64,000 bases of DNA. Source: Piromyces finnis finn. Its lineage: Eukaryota > Fungi > Neocallimastigomycota. This document shows, one piece after another, positions 27,301-42,955 of this stretch (positions are counted from its first letter, which is position 1; each line of letters begins with the position of its first letter). The stretch lies in contig MCFH01000037.1 of assembly GCA_002104945.1 (NCBI GenBank), positions 186,001 through 250,000 of the forward strand. Reading direction: 5' to 3'. A model generated the notes under the pieces. The model was given only the letters and a program-made list of their open reading frames with translations, was not told where the DNA came from and made no database searches. A program made the translations under genes and the position numbers.

Positions 27301-30300
27301 AAAATTGAACAGTCAGGTAGAGATCAAAGATGGGAATTTGATAGAAAAAAGTTATTTGAACAAACTAATTATATGGCTTTAAGATGTGCTGATTTATATG
27401 AAATTTGTGAAGTAATGGAACAATTTTATAATATATTTGGACCAGAATTAAAAGCTGTTACTGGTGATCCACAAAAAATTGATGAAGTTTTAAGAAGAGT
27501 TGAAGGTTTAATTGTTCCATTTGAAACAATTCAATTTGATATGTTTTCAAATAAGTAAGATATTTATCTATATTATATTGTTATTATGTAGAAAGAAAAT
27601 TTGGTAATTAATTAAATATCATTTTTTAGATATCAAACGATATGGAAGGGTTTAATGATAAAATTTAGAGAACAAATAATAAAAATTGAAGATATGGCAA
27701 AACAATTTATTGATGCATCTTTTAAGAAGTTACGTTCAGCAAAGGGTGCATTTGATCTTCTACAAAATATTAAAAATATTAAGAGTAGAGAAAGTATAAA
27801 TAAACAAATGATGGGTAAATTTGATGAAATTTTAGCTCAATATTCTAAAGAAGTTGATGAAATTGATAGAATATTTAGGGAAAATAAGTATGATTAATTA
27901 TTAGATTGATTTTTTATACTTGAATTTATTTTTCATAAAAATTAAATTATTATTATTAATCTTTGATAAGGGATGATCCACCGTGTGCTAAAAATCAACC
28001 AAAATTAGCAGGTGCTATTTCTTGGTCTAAAAGTCTATTTTTACATATTAAAAAACCAATCGTTAGATTCCAATCATTACAAGGTAATTAAAATAATAAA
28101 TTACATATATATTTTTATTTTAGAAAAAATATTCATTTTATTTTTTAAATCAATTTTATTAAAGAAATGTTACAAAGCGAATTGGGTCGTCAAGTCACTA
28201 AGAAATATTTAATGGTTGCTAAAACTATGAAAGAATATGAAGAACAGGTAAGTAATAAAAAATTAAATGAAATTTATTTTAAGCTAATTTTAATTCCAAT
28301 ATATATATAATTTCTATTATTATTAATTATTATAATTAAAAGCTTTATTCACAATGGTGTAAAATGGTAGAAGTAAATGCACTTCAATATTTAAAAGTTC
28401 ATATTTTAGCAAAAGAACCCGTTATTACTATTAATGGACAACCACCATCATTATCATTAGAAGATAAACAACAATCAACTAATATAATCGAGGAAGAAAA
28501 CATATATATTAATTTTAGACCAGAGTTAGCAGAATTAATAAAAGAAACTAAATATATTGATAAATTAGGTTTCTTTGTTCCAGAATCAGCATTAAATATA
28601 GCATTACAAGTAATTATGATAAATAAATAGATATATATAAAAATCAAAAAAATTTAAAAAATTAGATATATTATAGTAATTTAAAATAAATTTTTATGAT
28701 AAATAAATAGGAAGAAAAATATTATTTGTATATTGATCAATTAAATTCTATGATTGATTTATATAAAAATGTTTTAAATCAACTTGATTCAACAGAAAAG
28801 AAATTACTTAAGACTCAGATTGAAAGTTTAAATAAAGTTTTAAGTCCAGGATTTAAAAGATTAAATTGGAATAGTTTAGGTATTCCAGAATTCATAAACA
28901 AATGTAATCAAGTATGTAAATTATTAAATAATTAAATGATTTTAGGAAAATATACAATAATATATTAATATATATAATATTTTTTCTATTATATTTTCCA
29001 ATAGGAAATTACTAAATTTGGTTCATTAGTAAATCAAATTTCTAAGAATGCTGCTAATATATACCGTACTGTTGATCAAATCTCACAATCAAATATAATA
29101 TATGAATTCCAAGATGAAGATGAACTATTAGATGCTCATGTAATTATAATATTATATTAAAAAGTAACAATAAAGTAATAATATATAATATGTAATTAAT
29201 AATATTATATTTAAATTTGATATTTTAGGTCTTTTTTGATATGATAAAGAAGTATAGAAATGATACTGTTGAAGGTCTCGTTCAAAAATATACAAGTATT
29301 GGTCCATTATTAATTAAAATGGAAAGTTTAGTAGCTGGTACTAATAGTGGTAGAAGTGAAAAGTTAGAGGATTATTATTCATATTGGGAAAAGAAAATAT
29401 TCTTTGCATTAAATCAAGTAATTATTAAGCATTATAAAGATTATAAAATTCATATGTAATTTAAAATATTAAAATCAATGTTATTTTTATTATACAATAA
29501 ATTAAATACTTGCTCTAGATGGTTTTACATAATATTGTTAAACTTAATCAATTATTAACAGGGAAAGGAAATAATAATGTAAAAAACGTAAAAGGAAAGA
29601 ATCAACCTGCTATTACCCCATTATTTAAAGTTTCAGCTCTTCTATCTGCTCCAGAAATTATTATTTCTCCACAATCAAATGAAATATTTAAAATGATTAT
29701 GAAATTTGTAAAATCTATTGTAGATTCAACCAAAAGTTTCCTTAGATGGGAAAATAAATCATGTGTTCTGACTACACCTCAAAAAGTTAATGAGGATGAA
29801 GAACCAGTTATTTTCAGTTTTTATTCTGATGTTATATATAACGGCAATATCAGTCAAGCAATTAATCAATTAAATTTAAATTTACAAAAAACATTTGATA
29901 AAGTTTCTAGATATTTGGATACTTGGAGAAAATACAGACCATTATGGAAAGTGGATAAAGTCATTACTTTAGAAAAATTTGCTCAGAAAAAGCCACCATT
30001 ACCAGAATATGATCAAAAATTAATATTTTATTCAAGATTAGCATCAGATGTTCAGAATCAACAAGTCACTCAAGATATTGATTTTATTAGAATAAATTCT
30101 GTTCCTTTACGTGATTCAATTCATAAAGAAGCTATCGAATGGGTTAATTCAATAGGAAAACATTTAAATAATGTCGCGAGAGATGAACTAAGTAGTGTAA
30201 ATGATAAAATAAAAATATTTGATAAAAACATTCAAAGAACTCCAACTACATTAGAAGATTTAACATTTGTATTAAATGCAATATCAGAAATTAAAAATTC

Positions 30301-33300
30301 AACAGAAGAAGTAGAAATGCAATATTTAAATATAAAAGAAGCATATAGAGTATTAATGATGTATAATTGCAAATTTGATGAAGAAGAAAAGAAACAATCT
30401 GATGAATTATATGATAGATGGATTGAATTAGTGAATAAATCAAAAGGTGTTGATGATCTATTGATTCCAGTTAAGGTCACGTTTACCAATACTACTTGTA
30501 ATCAAGTAAGCGACTTCCAGCGTGAAATTAATGACTTTTATGATGAATTTGTAACAAATGGCCCTGGATCAGAAGGTATGAATATGGATGTTGGATTAGA
30601 TCTTTTAAAGAATGCAAAAATTAAAGTTAACAATTTTTTGAAAAAAAGAGAAAATTTAATTACTGCTGAAAAGCTATTTGATTTAACTATTACTTCATAT
30701 CCAAAATTATTTGAATTAGAAAGTCAAATAAAGCTATTAGACAAGATTTATAGTCTTTATTCTGAAGTTCAAGAAAGTATTAAAGATTGGTCAACAACAT
30801 TATGGATTAATCTTGATATTGTTGTATTAAATAAAGGTATAGATTCTTTCAACCATCGTCTTAAAACAATGCCAAAAGAATTAAAACAACAACCTCCATA
30901 TAATGTTGTTGCAGAAAAAATTATGGCATTTAAAAATTCAATCCCATTATATGTTGATTTAAAGAATGAAGCATTGAGAGAAAGACATTGGAAAAAATTA
31001 ATGGAAATAACAGGAAAAAATTTCGATATGAATCCGGAAACATTTACATTGGAAAAATTATTTAGTATGAATCTTCATGAACACACTGAAGTTATTGAAG
31101 AAATTGTTAGTGGTGCAACTAAAGAATTAAATATAGAAAATGGAATTAAAGAAATTGAAACCACTTGGAGAAACATGAAATTCACTGTTACAAAATATAT
31201 GAAGGGTACTGAAGATAGAGGATACATTTTGGGTGCAACTGATGAAATTATGGTCATTTTAGATGATAATTCTATGAATTTACAAAGTATGGGTACGTCA
31301 AGATTTGCATCAGCATTTTTATCTGTTGTTCAACAGTGGGAAAAAAATTTATCACATATTGGTGAAGTTATCGAAATTTGGATGATTGTTCAACGTAAAT
31401 GGATGTATTTAGAATCAATTTTCATTGGTAGTGATATTAGATTACAATTACCAGAAGAAGCCCAAAAATTTGATAGAATTGATAAATCGTTTAAAAAAAT
31501 AATGAATGAAACAGCAAAGCATAGCAATGTATTAGATGCTTGTAATATTGATGGTAGATTAGGTCTTTTACAAGGTCTTTCTGCCGACTTAGAAGCATGC
31601 CAAAAAAGTTTAAGTGATTATTTAGAAACTAAGAGAAATGCGTTTTCAAGATTCTTCTTTATTTCAGATGAAGAATTATTAAGTATTTTAGGTAGTAATG
31701 ATCCAGAGAGCGTTCAAGAACATATTATTAAAATGTTTGATAATATTTTAAAACTAATATTTGGTACTGGTAAATATGAGGGTTATGTTGTAGGTATGCA
31801 ATCAAGTGAAGGTGAAGTAATGAATTTTAGAAAACCTACACCTACTGAAGATAATGTTGAAAATTGGATGGTTTTAGTTCAAGAAGAAATGAAAAGAACT
31901 AATAGATTAATTCATAAAGAAGCTATTTTCTACTATACTGAAATGAATAGAAATGATTGGATTCATAGTTATCAAGGTATGGTTATTTTGGCTGGTAGTC
32001 AGGTTTGGTGGACATGGGAAGTAGAAGATGTATTTAAGAAGATTAAGCAAGGAAATAAGTTAGCAATGAAAAAATATAATAAAAAACTAGGAGACCAACT
32101 TGAAAAATTAGTTATTGAAGTTAGATCAAATTTGACTGCTAATGAACGTAAGAAAATTAATACTCAAATTATTATTGATGTCCATGCCAGAGATATTATT
32201 GATAGATTTGTAAGAGATAGTATTATGGATAAAAACGAATTTGAATGGGAAAGTCAACTTCGTTTCTATTGGGATAAAGAGTGTGATTCTCTTCTTATTA
32301 AACAATGCAATGGTATATTTGATTATGGTAATGAATATATGGGTCTTAATGGGCGTCTTGTAATCACACCATTAACTGATAGATGTTATTTAACTTTAAC
32401 TCAAGCTCTTTCTATGATGCTTGGTGGTGCTCCAGCTGGTCCAGCTGGTACAGGAAAAACTGAAACAGTTAAAGATTTAGCAAAGGCTATGGGTTTACTT
32501 TGTATTGTTACTAATTGTGGTGAAAGTATGGATTATCAAAGTATTGGTCAGATTTTTGCTGGTCTTACGCAAACTGGTGCTTGGGGTTGTTTTGATGAAT
32601 TTAATCGTATTGAACTATCAGTATTATCTGTTATTTCAGCTCAAATCAAGACTATTCAAAATGCTTTAGTAATGGGATTAAAGAGATTCCAATTTGAAGG
32701 AAATGAAATTACTTTAGATAAAAAATGTGGTATTTTTATTACAATGAATCCTGGTTATGCTGGTAGAACAGAACTTCCAGATAATCTAAAGGCATTATTT
32801 AGACCTGTTGTTATGGTTGTAAGTATTATAAATAATAAATAAAAGATAAATTAAATATTCTTAAAAGTAATTATTCATTATGTTATTTTAAATTTTAATT
32901 GTTAATTTAGGTTCCAGATTTAGAACTTATTTGTGAAATTATGCTTTTCTCTGAAGGTTTTACTATGGCCAAAACATTAGCAAAGAAAATGGTTGTGTTG
33001 TATAAACTTTCCAAGGGACAATTGTCAAAACAACATCACTATGATTTTGGTTTAAGAGCCTTAAAATCTGTATTAGTTATGGCAGGAAGTTTAAAGAGAG
33101 GTTCTCCCGATTTAGATGAAGATGTGGTATTGATGAGAGCATTAAGAGATATGAATTTACCAAAATTTGTATTTGAAGATGTTCCACTTTTCTTAGGTTT
33201 AATTTCAGATCTATTCCCTGGACTTGATTGTCCAAGAGTTAGATATCCAAGCTTTAATGACGCTGTAGAAGAGGTTTTGAAGGAAGATAATATGATTATT

Positions 33301-36300
33301 GTTCCTGAACAAGTCGATAAGGTTGTTCAATTATATGAAACAATGTTAACAAGACATACTACAATGGTTGTAGGTCCATCTGGTGGTGGTAAATCTGTAA
33401 TTATCAATACTATTGCCAAAGCACAAACAAAATTAGGTCTTCCAACTAAGCTTTATATAATGAATCCAAAGGCTATTACTGTTATTGAACTTTATGGTAT
33501 ATTAGATATTACAACAAGAGATTGGACTGATGGTTTACTTTCTAATATATTCAGAGAAATTAATAAACCTACAGATAAAAAAGAAAGAAAATATATGGTA
33601 TTTGATGGTGATGTCGATGCTGTCTGGGTAGAAAATATGAATTCAGTTATGGATGACAATCGTCTTTTAACCCTTCCAAACGGGGAACGTATAAGATTGC
33701 AAAAACATGTATCTCTTCTTTTCGAAGTTGGTGATTTACAATATGCATCACCTGCTACTGTTAGTAGATGTGGTATGGTATATATGGATCCAAAGAATTT
33801 AGGTTATAAGCCATATTTCTTCAAATGGGCTTATGGACATAAGAATAAGGAAGAATCCGATAATTTAATTAAATTATTTGAGAAGTATATCCCATCATGT
33901 ATTGATTATGTATTTGAAGGTATATTCCAAGGAGAAATAACTGAACCATTACAATTAGTAATTCCAATTACTTCCTTATGTATGATTTCTCAATTATGTT
34001 GCTTATTAGATACAATGATACCAGAAGGAAAAACTCAAGTTAGTGAAAATGTACTAGAGGGAATATTTATATTCTGTATTATATTTTCAATAGGCGCAGG
34101 AATTCTTGAAGAAGATAGAGAAAAATTCAGTGAAATGGTTAAAAAAATATCTGATTTATCTCAAATTCATACTAATGGAATGATTGGTATTGGTCAAATT
34201 CCAGGAAATGAAAAATCCTTATATGATTATCTATTTGATGTTAGTAAAGAACAATGGGTATCTTGGAGTGAATATATCCCAGAATATGTCCACGAACCAT
34301 TGAAATCATTTAATGATATATTAGTTCCAACTATGGATACTGTTCGTCACACTTGGTTATTAGATAAATTTGTTAGCATTAAGAAACCAGTATTATTTGT
34401 TGGTGAACCAGGTACTTCAAAAACTGTTACATTACAAAACTATTTACATCAATTAGATCCAGAAAAATATATTGTTTTGAATGCTAACTTCTCAAGTAGA
34501 ACTACATCTATGGATATTCAAAGAAATTTGGAAGCTAATGTTGAAAAAAGAACTAAAGATACATATGGTCCAGCTGCAGGAAAGAAATTAATTGTATGCA
34601 TTGACGATTTAAATATGCCTCAAAAGGATATTTACGGTACTCAACAACCTATTGCATTATTAAAATTATTATTCGAAAGAGGAGGTCTTTATAGTAGAGG
34701 AAAGGAATTAAATTGGAAGCATTTGAAGGATGTTCAATTTGTAAGTGCAATGGGAACTCCAGGTGGTGGTAGAAATGATATTGATCCTAGATTCTCATCC
34801 TTATTTGCAACCTTTAATATTACTTTCCCCAAGAAAGAATCATTAAGTAGAATTTATTCATCAATTATTGAGGGACATACTGTTGGTTTCTGTGATGAAG
34901 TAAAAGCTGTTGTTCCAAAAATTACAGCTATGACATTAAAACTATATGAAGATATTTTGCAACATTTACTTCCAACTCCATCAAAGTTCCATTATATTTT
35001 CAATCTTCGTGAGATTAGTAGAGTTTATGAAGGTATTTATCAGACAGTCCCTGACAATTTTACAACAGCAAGTTCATTTGGACGTTTATGGAGAAATGAA
35101 TGTTTAAGAGTATTTTATGATAGATTAGTAACAGAAGATGATAAAGAGTATGTTAATAATTTAATTAATTCCTTAATTGCTGAGAATTTTGAAGACACTG
35201 ATACTATTACCCGTAATCCAATTTTATTTGGTGATTTCCGACAAGCAATGCAAGAAGAAAATCCAATAAGAATTTATGAGGATTTACTCGATTATAATGC
35301 AATTAGACCTATTTTCCAAGAAATTTTGGAAGACTATAACGATGTTAAAAACAAGATGAATCTTGTTCTTTTTGATGATGCTCTGGAACACTTAACAAGA
35401 ATTCATAGAATTATTCGCTTAAAGAGAGGTCATGCTTTATTGGTTGGTGTTGGTGGTAGTGGTAAACAATCACTTACTAAGTTAGTAGCATATGCAGCAG
35501 GTTATGATGTCTTTGAAATTACTTTAACAAGAGGTTATGGTGAAAATGAATTTAGAGAAAACTTAAAGACCCTTTATACTCAATTAGCAGAAGGTAAAAA
35601 GACAATATTTATGTTTACTGATGCACATGTAGTACAAGAAGGTTTCCTAGAATTGATTAACAATATGTTGACAACTGGTATGGTACCTGCCCTATATGAA
35701 GATGATGAAAAAGATGCTTTAATCAATTCACTTAGAGAAGAAGTAAAAAAGATGGGAATTGTTGAAAATAAGGAAAATGTATGGCAATATTTTATTAATA
35801 AGTGTAATAATTACCTACACATTGTTCTTTGTATGTCACCTCAAGGTGATAAATTACGTGAAAGATGTAGAAGTTTCCCTGGTTTGGTTAATAATACTAT
35901 TATTGATTGGTTCCAGCCATGGCCAGAACAAGCCTTATTTGCAGTTGCTGACGCTTTCCTTGGAACTGGTAATGTTCCTCAAGAAAATAGAGCTGATATC
36001 GTTGCACATATGGTTAAAGTTCATCTTTTAGTTGGTGAGATTAGTAATCTTTTCTTACAGAGATATAGAAGAACAAATTTTGTTACACCCAAGAACTATC
36101 TTGATTATATTAATACATATAATATGCTATTAAAAGATAATTTAGAATTAAATGGAAAACTTTGTAATAGATTAGAAACTGGTTTAGGAAAATTAGAAGA
36201 AGCATCTTCACAATTAGATGTATTAAATGAACAATTAGCAGAACAGAATATCGCTGTCAAGAATAAAACTGAAGCATGTAATCAGCTTTTAGAAGTTATT

Positions 36301-39300
36301 ACTAAGAACACAGCTGAAGCAGAAGAAAAGAAAGCATTAGCTGTAAAAAAGGAGGCAGAATTAACTACACAAACATTACAAATAGCTAGTGATAAAGAAG
36401 AAGCTGAAAATGCATTAGCAGAAGCTCTTCCAGCCTTAGAAGAAGCTAAATTAGCCTTAAATAATTTATCTTCAGCTGAAATTACTGAAATTCGTTCTTT
36501 CGCTAAGCCACCAAAAGAAGTACAAAAAGTATGTGAATGTATTTGTGTTATTAAAGGTATTAAAGATATTTCATGGAAATCAGCAAAGACTATGATGTCT
36601 CAAGTTGATTTTAAATCATCTTTATCTAATTTAGATATTGATAACATTTCAGGTCAACAATTAAAATCAGTGAAGGCTATTATTCGTGAAATGGATATAC
36701 AACCTGCTAGAATGAAAGAAATTTCATCTGCTGGTGCTGGTTTACTACAATTTGTTAATGCAGTTGTTGGTTATTGTAATGTAGCAAAACAAATTCAACC
36801 AAAGAGAAATGCTGTAGCTGCATTGGAAAAGAATTTACAACAAAGTAGACGGGACTATGAAAAAATTACAAAAGAATTAGCTGATTTAAATGATCAATTA
36901 AAATCTCTTCAAGACAACTTCCAACAAAAGAAGACAGAACAAATTGAGCTTAAACAAATGGCTGAACTTATGGAACGTCGTTTAATCGCTGCTGATAAAC
37001 TTATATCTGGTTTGAGTTCTGAAAGAATTCGTTGGTCAAAAGATTTAGAAACATTAAAAGAACAAAGAGTCCAACTTCTTGGTGATTGTTTATTAGAATC
37101 TGGATTCTTAAGTTATACAGGTGCCTTTAATTGGGAATTAAGAAACGAATTAATTTACAATAGATGGGTAAATGATTTGAAAGATAAGAATATTCCAATA
37201 TCTCCTAACTTTAGAATTGAAACATTGTTAGTTACTGATGTTGAAATTAGTAAGTGGGCTTCTCAAGGTCTTCCAAGTGATGAACTTTCAATTCAAAATG
37301 GTATTTTAACTACTAAAGGTACACGTTTCCCATTATGTATTGATCCACAACAACAAGCTCTTAATTGGATAAAAAAGAAAGAAGGAAGTAATAATTTAAA
37401 AATATCGTCATTTATGGAACCAGATTTCTTAAAACAATTAGAAATGGCAATTACATATGGTTTTCCATTTTTATTTGAAGATGTAGATGAGTATATTGAT
37501 CCTGTCATTGATAATGTTATTGATAAGAATATTAAGACTGCAAGTGGTAGAAAGTTTATTGTTCTTGGAGATAAAGAAGTCGATTATGATCCAAATTTCC
37601 GCTTATATTTAGTTTCAAGACATGCTAATCCTGTATATTCACCAAAAATATTTGGAAGCGCCTTAATTATTAATTATAATTTAACATTTAAGGGTCTTTC
37701 AGATCAATTACTCAATGTTGTTGTTAATCATGAAAGAAGAGAACTGGAAGAACAAAGAGAAAGATTAACTATTGAAATGAGTGAAAATAAAAAGTTATTA
37801 AAAGACTTTGAAGATATGCTTTTAAGAGAATTAGCTTCATCTACTGGTATGATGTTAGATAATGTTGAATTAATTAGCACATTAGAAGATACTAAGTCTA
37901 AAGCAAGTGAAATTTCACAAAAGTTAATTTTAGCTAATCAAACTTCAGAAGAAGTTAATAATTCACGTAATGCTTATAGACCAGTTGCAAAATGTGGTGC
38001 GGTATTATTCTTTGTTATAACTGAATTATCTACTATTAATCCTATGTATGAATATTCATTAAGTGCTTTTCTGGAAGTATTTAATTCATCATTGAAGAAG
38101 AGCAAACCAGATCCAGTTCTTTCAAAGAGATTGGTAAAAATTATTGATACATTAAAGTATTCAGTATATAATTATACTTGTACAGGTTTGTTCGAAAAGC
38201 ACAAACTTATGTTCTCTTTCCAAATGACAATAAAATTAATGGATGCAGATGGTAAAATAGATCAAAATGAATTGAATTTCTTCCTTAAAGGAGATATATC
38301 TTTAGATGAACCTGCTATTCCAAATCCATTCCCATCATGGATGACAAATCAAGGATGGAAAAATTTAATAAAATTATCTACTATTAATCCTGTATTTGAA
38401 AATCTTGTAAATGATGTAATGAATAATGAAGAAATATGGAAAACATGGGCTAAAAAAGATAGACAAACAAAGAATATTGTTTTCCCTATGGATTATTCAA
38501 AATCAACAACACCATTCCAACAATTGTGCTTATTAAGATGCTTTAGAATCGATCAAGTGTATAATGCAATTACAAATTTTGTTATTAGTGAAATGGGTGA
38601 AAAATATGTTATGCCACCAGTTATTAATTATCAAAATATTTTTGATCAATCATCTCCTACTTCACCAGTAGTATTTGTTTTAAGTCCAGGTGCTGATCCA
38701 CAGAGTGATTTACAAAAATTAGCAGAAAATCTTGGCTTTGGTGGTAATAAGTTAAAGTTTTTGTCTTTAGGTCAAGGTCAAGCTCCTATCGCACTTCAAT
38801 TATTAGATATTGCTGTTTCCAGAGGTCAGTGGCTAATGCTTCAAAATTGTCACTTGTTAGTAAATTGGCTTAAAACATTGGAAAAAATACTAGATAAAAT
38901 TGAAAAGCCACATCGCGACTTTAGATTATGGCTTACAACTGAACCAATTTCTGGTTTCCCAATTGGTATATTACAAAAATCATTAAAGGTTGTTACAGAA
39001 CCACCTAATGGTTTGAAATTAAATTTGAGAAGTAGTTTCTATAAGATAGCAGAAAAAGACTTGGAAGATTGTGAGCATGAAGTATTTAAATCATTAGTAT
39101 ATATCTTAGCATTTTTCCATGCTGTTGTACAAGAAAGAGGTAAATATGGAAAGATTGGTTGGAATGTTACTTATGACTTCAATGAATCAGATTTTAGAGT
39201 ATCTTATACTATTATTAAGATGTATTTGAATAAGACTTTGGAACAAGATGATCAAAAGATTCCATGGACTACATTGAGATATTTAATTGGTGAAACAATC

Positions 39301-40544
39301 TATGGTGGTCGTGTTACTGATGATTATGATAGAAGAGTTGTTAATGTCTATCTAGAAGAATATTTAGGTGACTTTTTATTTGATTCCTTCCAACCATTCT
39401 TCTTCTATAAAGGTACAAATATCAGATATAAAGTTCCACCTGTAGGATCACGTGAAGATTATATTAATTACATTGAAGATTTACCATTAACCAATTCCCC
39501 AGATGTATTAGGTCTTCATCCTGATGCTGAAATTGGTTATTTGACAACTGCTGTTGATACTATGTGGTCTGAATTATTAAGTTTACAACCACGTAGTTCA
39601 GAAAGTTCTGATGGTATTAGTCGAGAAGACTTTATTGGAGGCATTGCTTCTGACATTCAAGAAAGTATCCCAGCAATATTTGATACTGTTAGAATTTATA
39701 AGAGCTTTGGTACACCAACACCAACTAAGATTGTATTAATTCAAGAATTAGAAAGATGGAATATATTGGTAGAAGCCATGGATAGCTCTTTACGCGATCT
39801 TAGAGGTGCATTGAAGGGTGAGATTGGTATGAGTCAAAAACTAGATGAAATTGCTAATAGTTTATTTGATGGTATACTTCCTGATATGTGGAGAAACTTA
39901 GCACCACAAACTGAAAAGAAATTAGGAAGTTGGATGCTTCACTTTAAGAAGAGATATAATCAATATGCAGAATGGGTTAAAGAAGGTGAACCTATTGTTA
40001 TTTGGTTAGCTGGTTTACATGTACCAGAAGCATATACAACTGCATTAGTTCAAACAGCTTGTAGAAAGAATGGTTGGTCTTTAGATCGTTCAACATTATA
40101 TACAGAAGTTACTGAATTCGTTAATCCAGAAGATATTACAGAAAAACCAGCATCTGGTTGTTATGCTCAAGGTTTATTCTTAGAAGGTAATATAACAATA
40201 TTATAAATTTCGTGTGAATAAACAATAAAACTAATTTTGTATTATTATTTTATAAAACTTATGTAAATATATTAGGTGCTGGTTGGGACCTAGAAGAGAA
40301 CTGCTTGAAAAGATTACCACCAGGAAGTTCACTTTATCAAACACTTCCAATTTTGCGAATTATTCCAATTGAATCTCATCGTTTACATTTAAAGAATACT
40401 TTTAAGACTCCTTTATATGTTACACAACAACGTAGAAATGCATCAGGTGTTGGATGGGTTATGGATGCAAATCTTGCTACAAAAGAACATTATAGTCACT
40501 GGGTATTACAGGGAGTAGCTCTTGTTTTGAATATTAGTGACTAG
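24358..40544 (+). CDS. DNAH10: Axonemal dynein heavy chain, inner arm I1/f alpha (DNAH10-like), 18 exons
   Basis: Four P-loops: [32 protein letters not shown]. The atypical third loop GxxGTSKT and the C-terminal [13 protein letters not shown] are DNAH10-type. Other conserved motifs include [16 protein letters not shown] and the coiled-coil stalk. All 17 introns are GT-AG and keep the frame; the large exons are 29519-32818 and 32911-40186. Confidence 0.93.
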
Positions 40545-41155
40545 AGAATTGTATTTATTATTATTAAAAAAGAAATTTTTGCAAATACATTTTTAGATAG
40601 ACATCAAAAATATTAATTTAAATTTATAAATATAATACTATGTGTTATTAGTTATTCAATTTTTTTACGCAAATAATCTATTTAATTAACTTTATATTTT
40701 AATAATATACTATAATAAGAGATACATTTAGTTTTTACTAATATTGTATACATATACCACAAATATAAGATACGATAGAATATAATAAAAATAACTTAAT
40801 TTTTTTTCTATAAAAAAATATACCTGTATATTTCATAAGCATTTTAATATTTTAAATAAAAAATATTTGAAATATATAAAATAAAAAACTCAACTGTTAA
40901 TTATAAGTATTTATTTTAATAAACATTTAATATTTGAGATTTAATAAAATTTTTATTAATAAACTATTCATTAAAATTAATAATATTTTAACTTTATAAA
41001 AAACTATAATTAATACATAAATGATGAAAGATATATAATTTATATTATTTTTTTTTATATAATCAAAAAAAAGTATAAAATTAAATATTATACTTTGTAT
41101 TAATAATAATAGAGAGAAAGAAGTACATTATAAAGTTTTAAAATTATTATATACA

Positions 41156-42755
41156 ATGGCAGTTAAAAACAAAGATAGTAGTAAAGGAAAATCAAAGAAG
41201 TCATCAGTATCTACGGCGGCTTCTACAACGTCAAAAGTTCAAAAAGATGTTGTTATTCCAAAACAAACATTGTCAAAAATCATTCCTTTAAAAAGTGATT
41301 TACGAATTGAAGATTTAGATGAAGATGTTTTAAAAGAAAGGTTGATATATAAATATCAAATATATATATATATTATATTATATTTTATAATTCTTAAACA
41401 ATAATTATTTTAATGCATTATATATAGATTAGAACTTTTGAATAAGGAACTTAATTATTATAAGGAAAAATGTAAATCTTTGTAAGTTTATATTAATAGT
41501 AAATGAAATATATGTATTGATAATAACGAATATTTATAATATATTTTCATTTTTAATATTAATTAAAAATTAAATATTAGAAAGTTTCGTAATGAAAAAT
41601 TAAAAAATGAAATTGAAGAAAATAAAAAAGATACTGTAATAATACATCATTTTTTATTTAAGTAAAATCAATATTAATAAGAATGAAAATGAAATAAGTA
41701 CATTAATTTTATTTATATATATAAATAATAAATAATATAGACTGATTATGTAAAATACTTAGAAGAGAGTAAAAATAAAAAACAGAAAGAAATTGATAAT
41801 ATTATTGAAAAAGCAAATGAAGAATTTCAATTATATTTAAGAAAAAAACAGGAAAGAAAACATGATTATGATAAAAAATATGAAGGTATAGATACAAATA
41901 ATTTATTATATATATTTAAGATAAACATTATAAATAGTAAATTGATATTAATAAAATATTTTAATTATACAAGAAATTGAAAGTTATATTGCAGATTTAG
42001 AAGTTAAAATTGAGGCAAAAAAGCAAGAAATAAAAACATATTCTGATATTCAAGTATATATATATAAATGATATATTAATTATAATTTGGAAGAATATAA
42101 ATTTATTTTTAATATTAATAATATTTAGTCAAATAGACTTAAACATGAATCTGAAATTGATCGATTAACCATCAATATAAATAAGATAAAACAAGAGCAT
42201 GAATTAGAAATATCAAACTTAGAAAGACAATTATTGCAAAATCGTGTAAAAATTCAAAAAGAAACTGAACAAACAATTAAAAATATGGAAGCTGTTGCAC
42301 AAGAAGTATATAATAAAATATTTTATTTTTTTTAATTATATAATTTATCATGTATTTATTATTTATATTTGAAAAAATATTAGAAAGCTTCGAAATATTT
42401 AAATGAATATATAAGCATGCTAGATAAAGATAACGAAAGATTAGAAGAGGGGTTAGCTATGGCAATAAAAACTACAGATCAATTAATGGAGGAAAAAAAC
42501 AGATTAGAACGAGAAAACCAAGCTTTAAGGCATGAAAATAAATATAGAGATAGTATAGCAAGTATTAGACTTAAACGTATTAATAATGCAATTGAAAACA
42601 AAAAGAAAACAGATATTCGACATAGTGCAGATGAAAATCTCCAGAAGAAAGAAAAGTTATTAAAACTTTTATCTAAAGATAATGAGATAACACCGGAATT
42701 AATAGAATTTGTTAATAATAAATTAAAATGGGATGATAATGAATATAGAGTATAA
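41156..42755 (+). CDS. Coiled-coil protein of the DUF4515 family (BBOF1/CCDC166/CCDC121-like, cilium/basal body associated), 7 exons
   Basis: Lys/Ser-rich N-terminus, then DT|TDYVKYLE...LERQLLQNRVKIQKETEQTIKNMEAVAQE|KASKYLNEYISMLDKDNERLEEGL. This parallels BBOF1 (DIMSVLSYLK...LESRFFEEKHRLEQEAEKKIIMLAERAHHEAIVQLNDAGRNVFKENDYLQKAL). Coiled-coil similarity can mislead. Confidence 0.6.
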
Positions 42756-42920
42756 AATTTTAACTTTCATAATTTTGATTTTAATATTTAAATATATAAT
42801 GATTACTAATCTAATAAATAATTAAATGCTTTTGATGGAATCAGTTAAATAAATATAATTATAATATATATTAATAAATATCTTATATAATAGCATAATT
42901 TTTAAATTACATAACAAAAA

Positions 42921-42955
<35 letters not shown>

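Noticed and set aside
28399-37508. Short antisense or alternative-frame ORFs within the dynein gene
   Set aside because: They overlap a highly conserved CDS, are short, and have no recognisable motifs.
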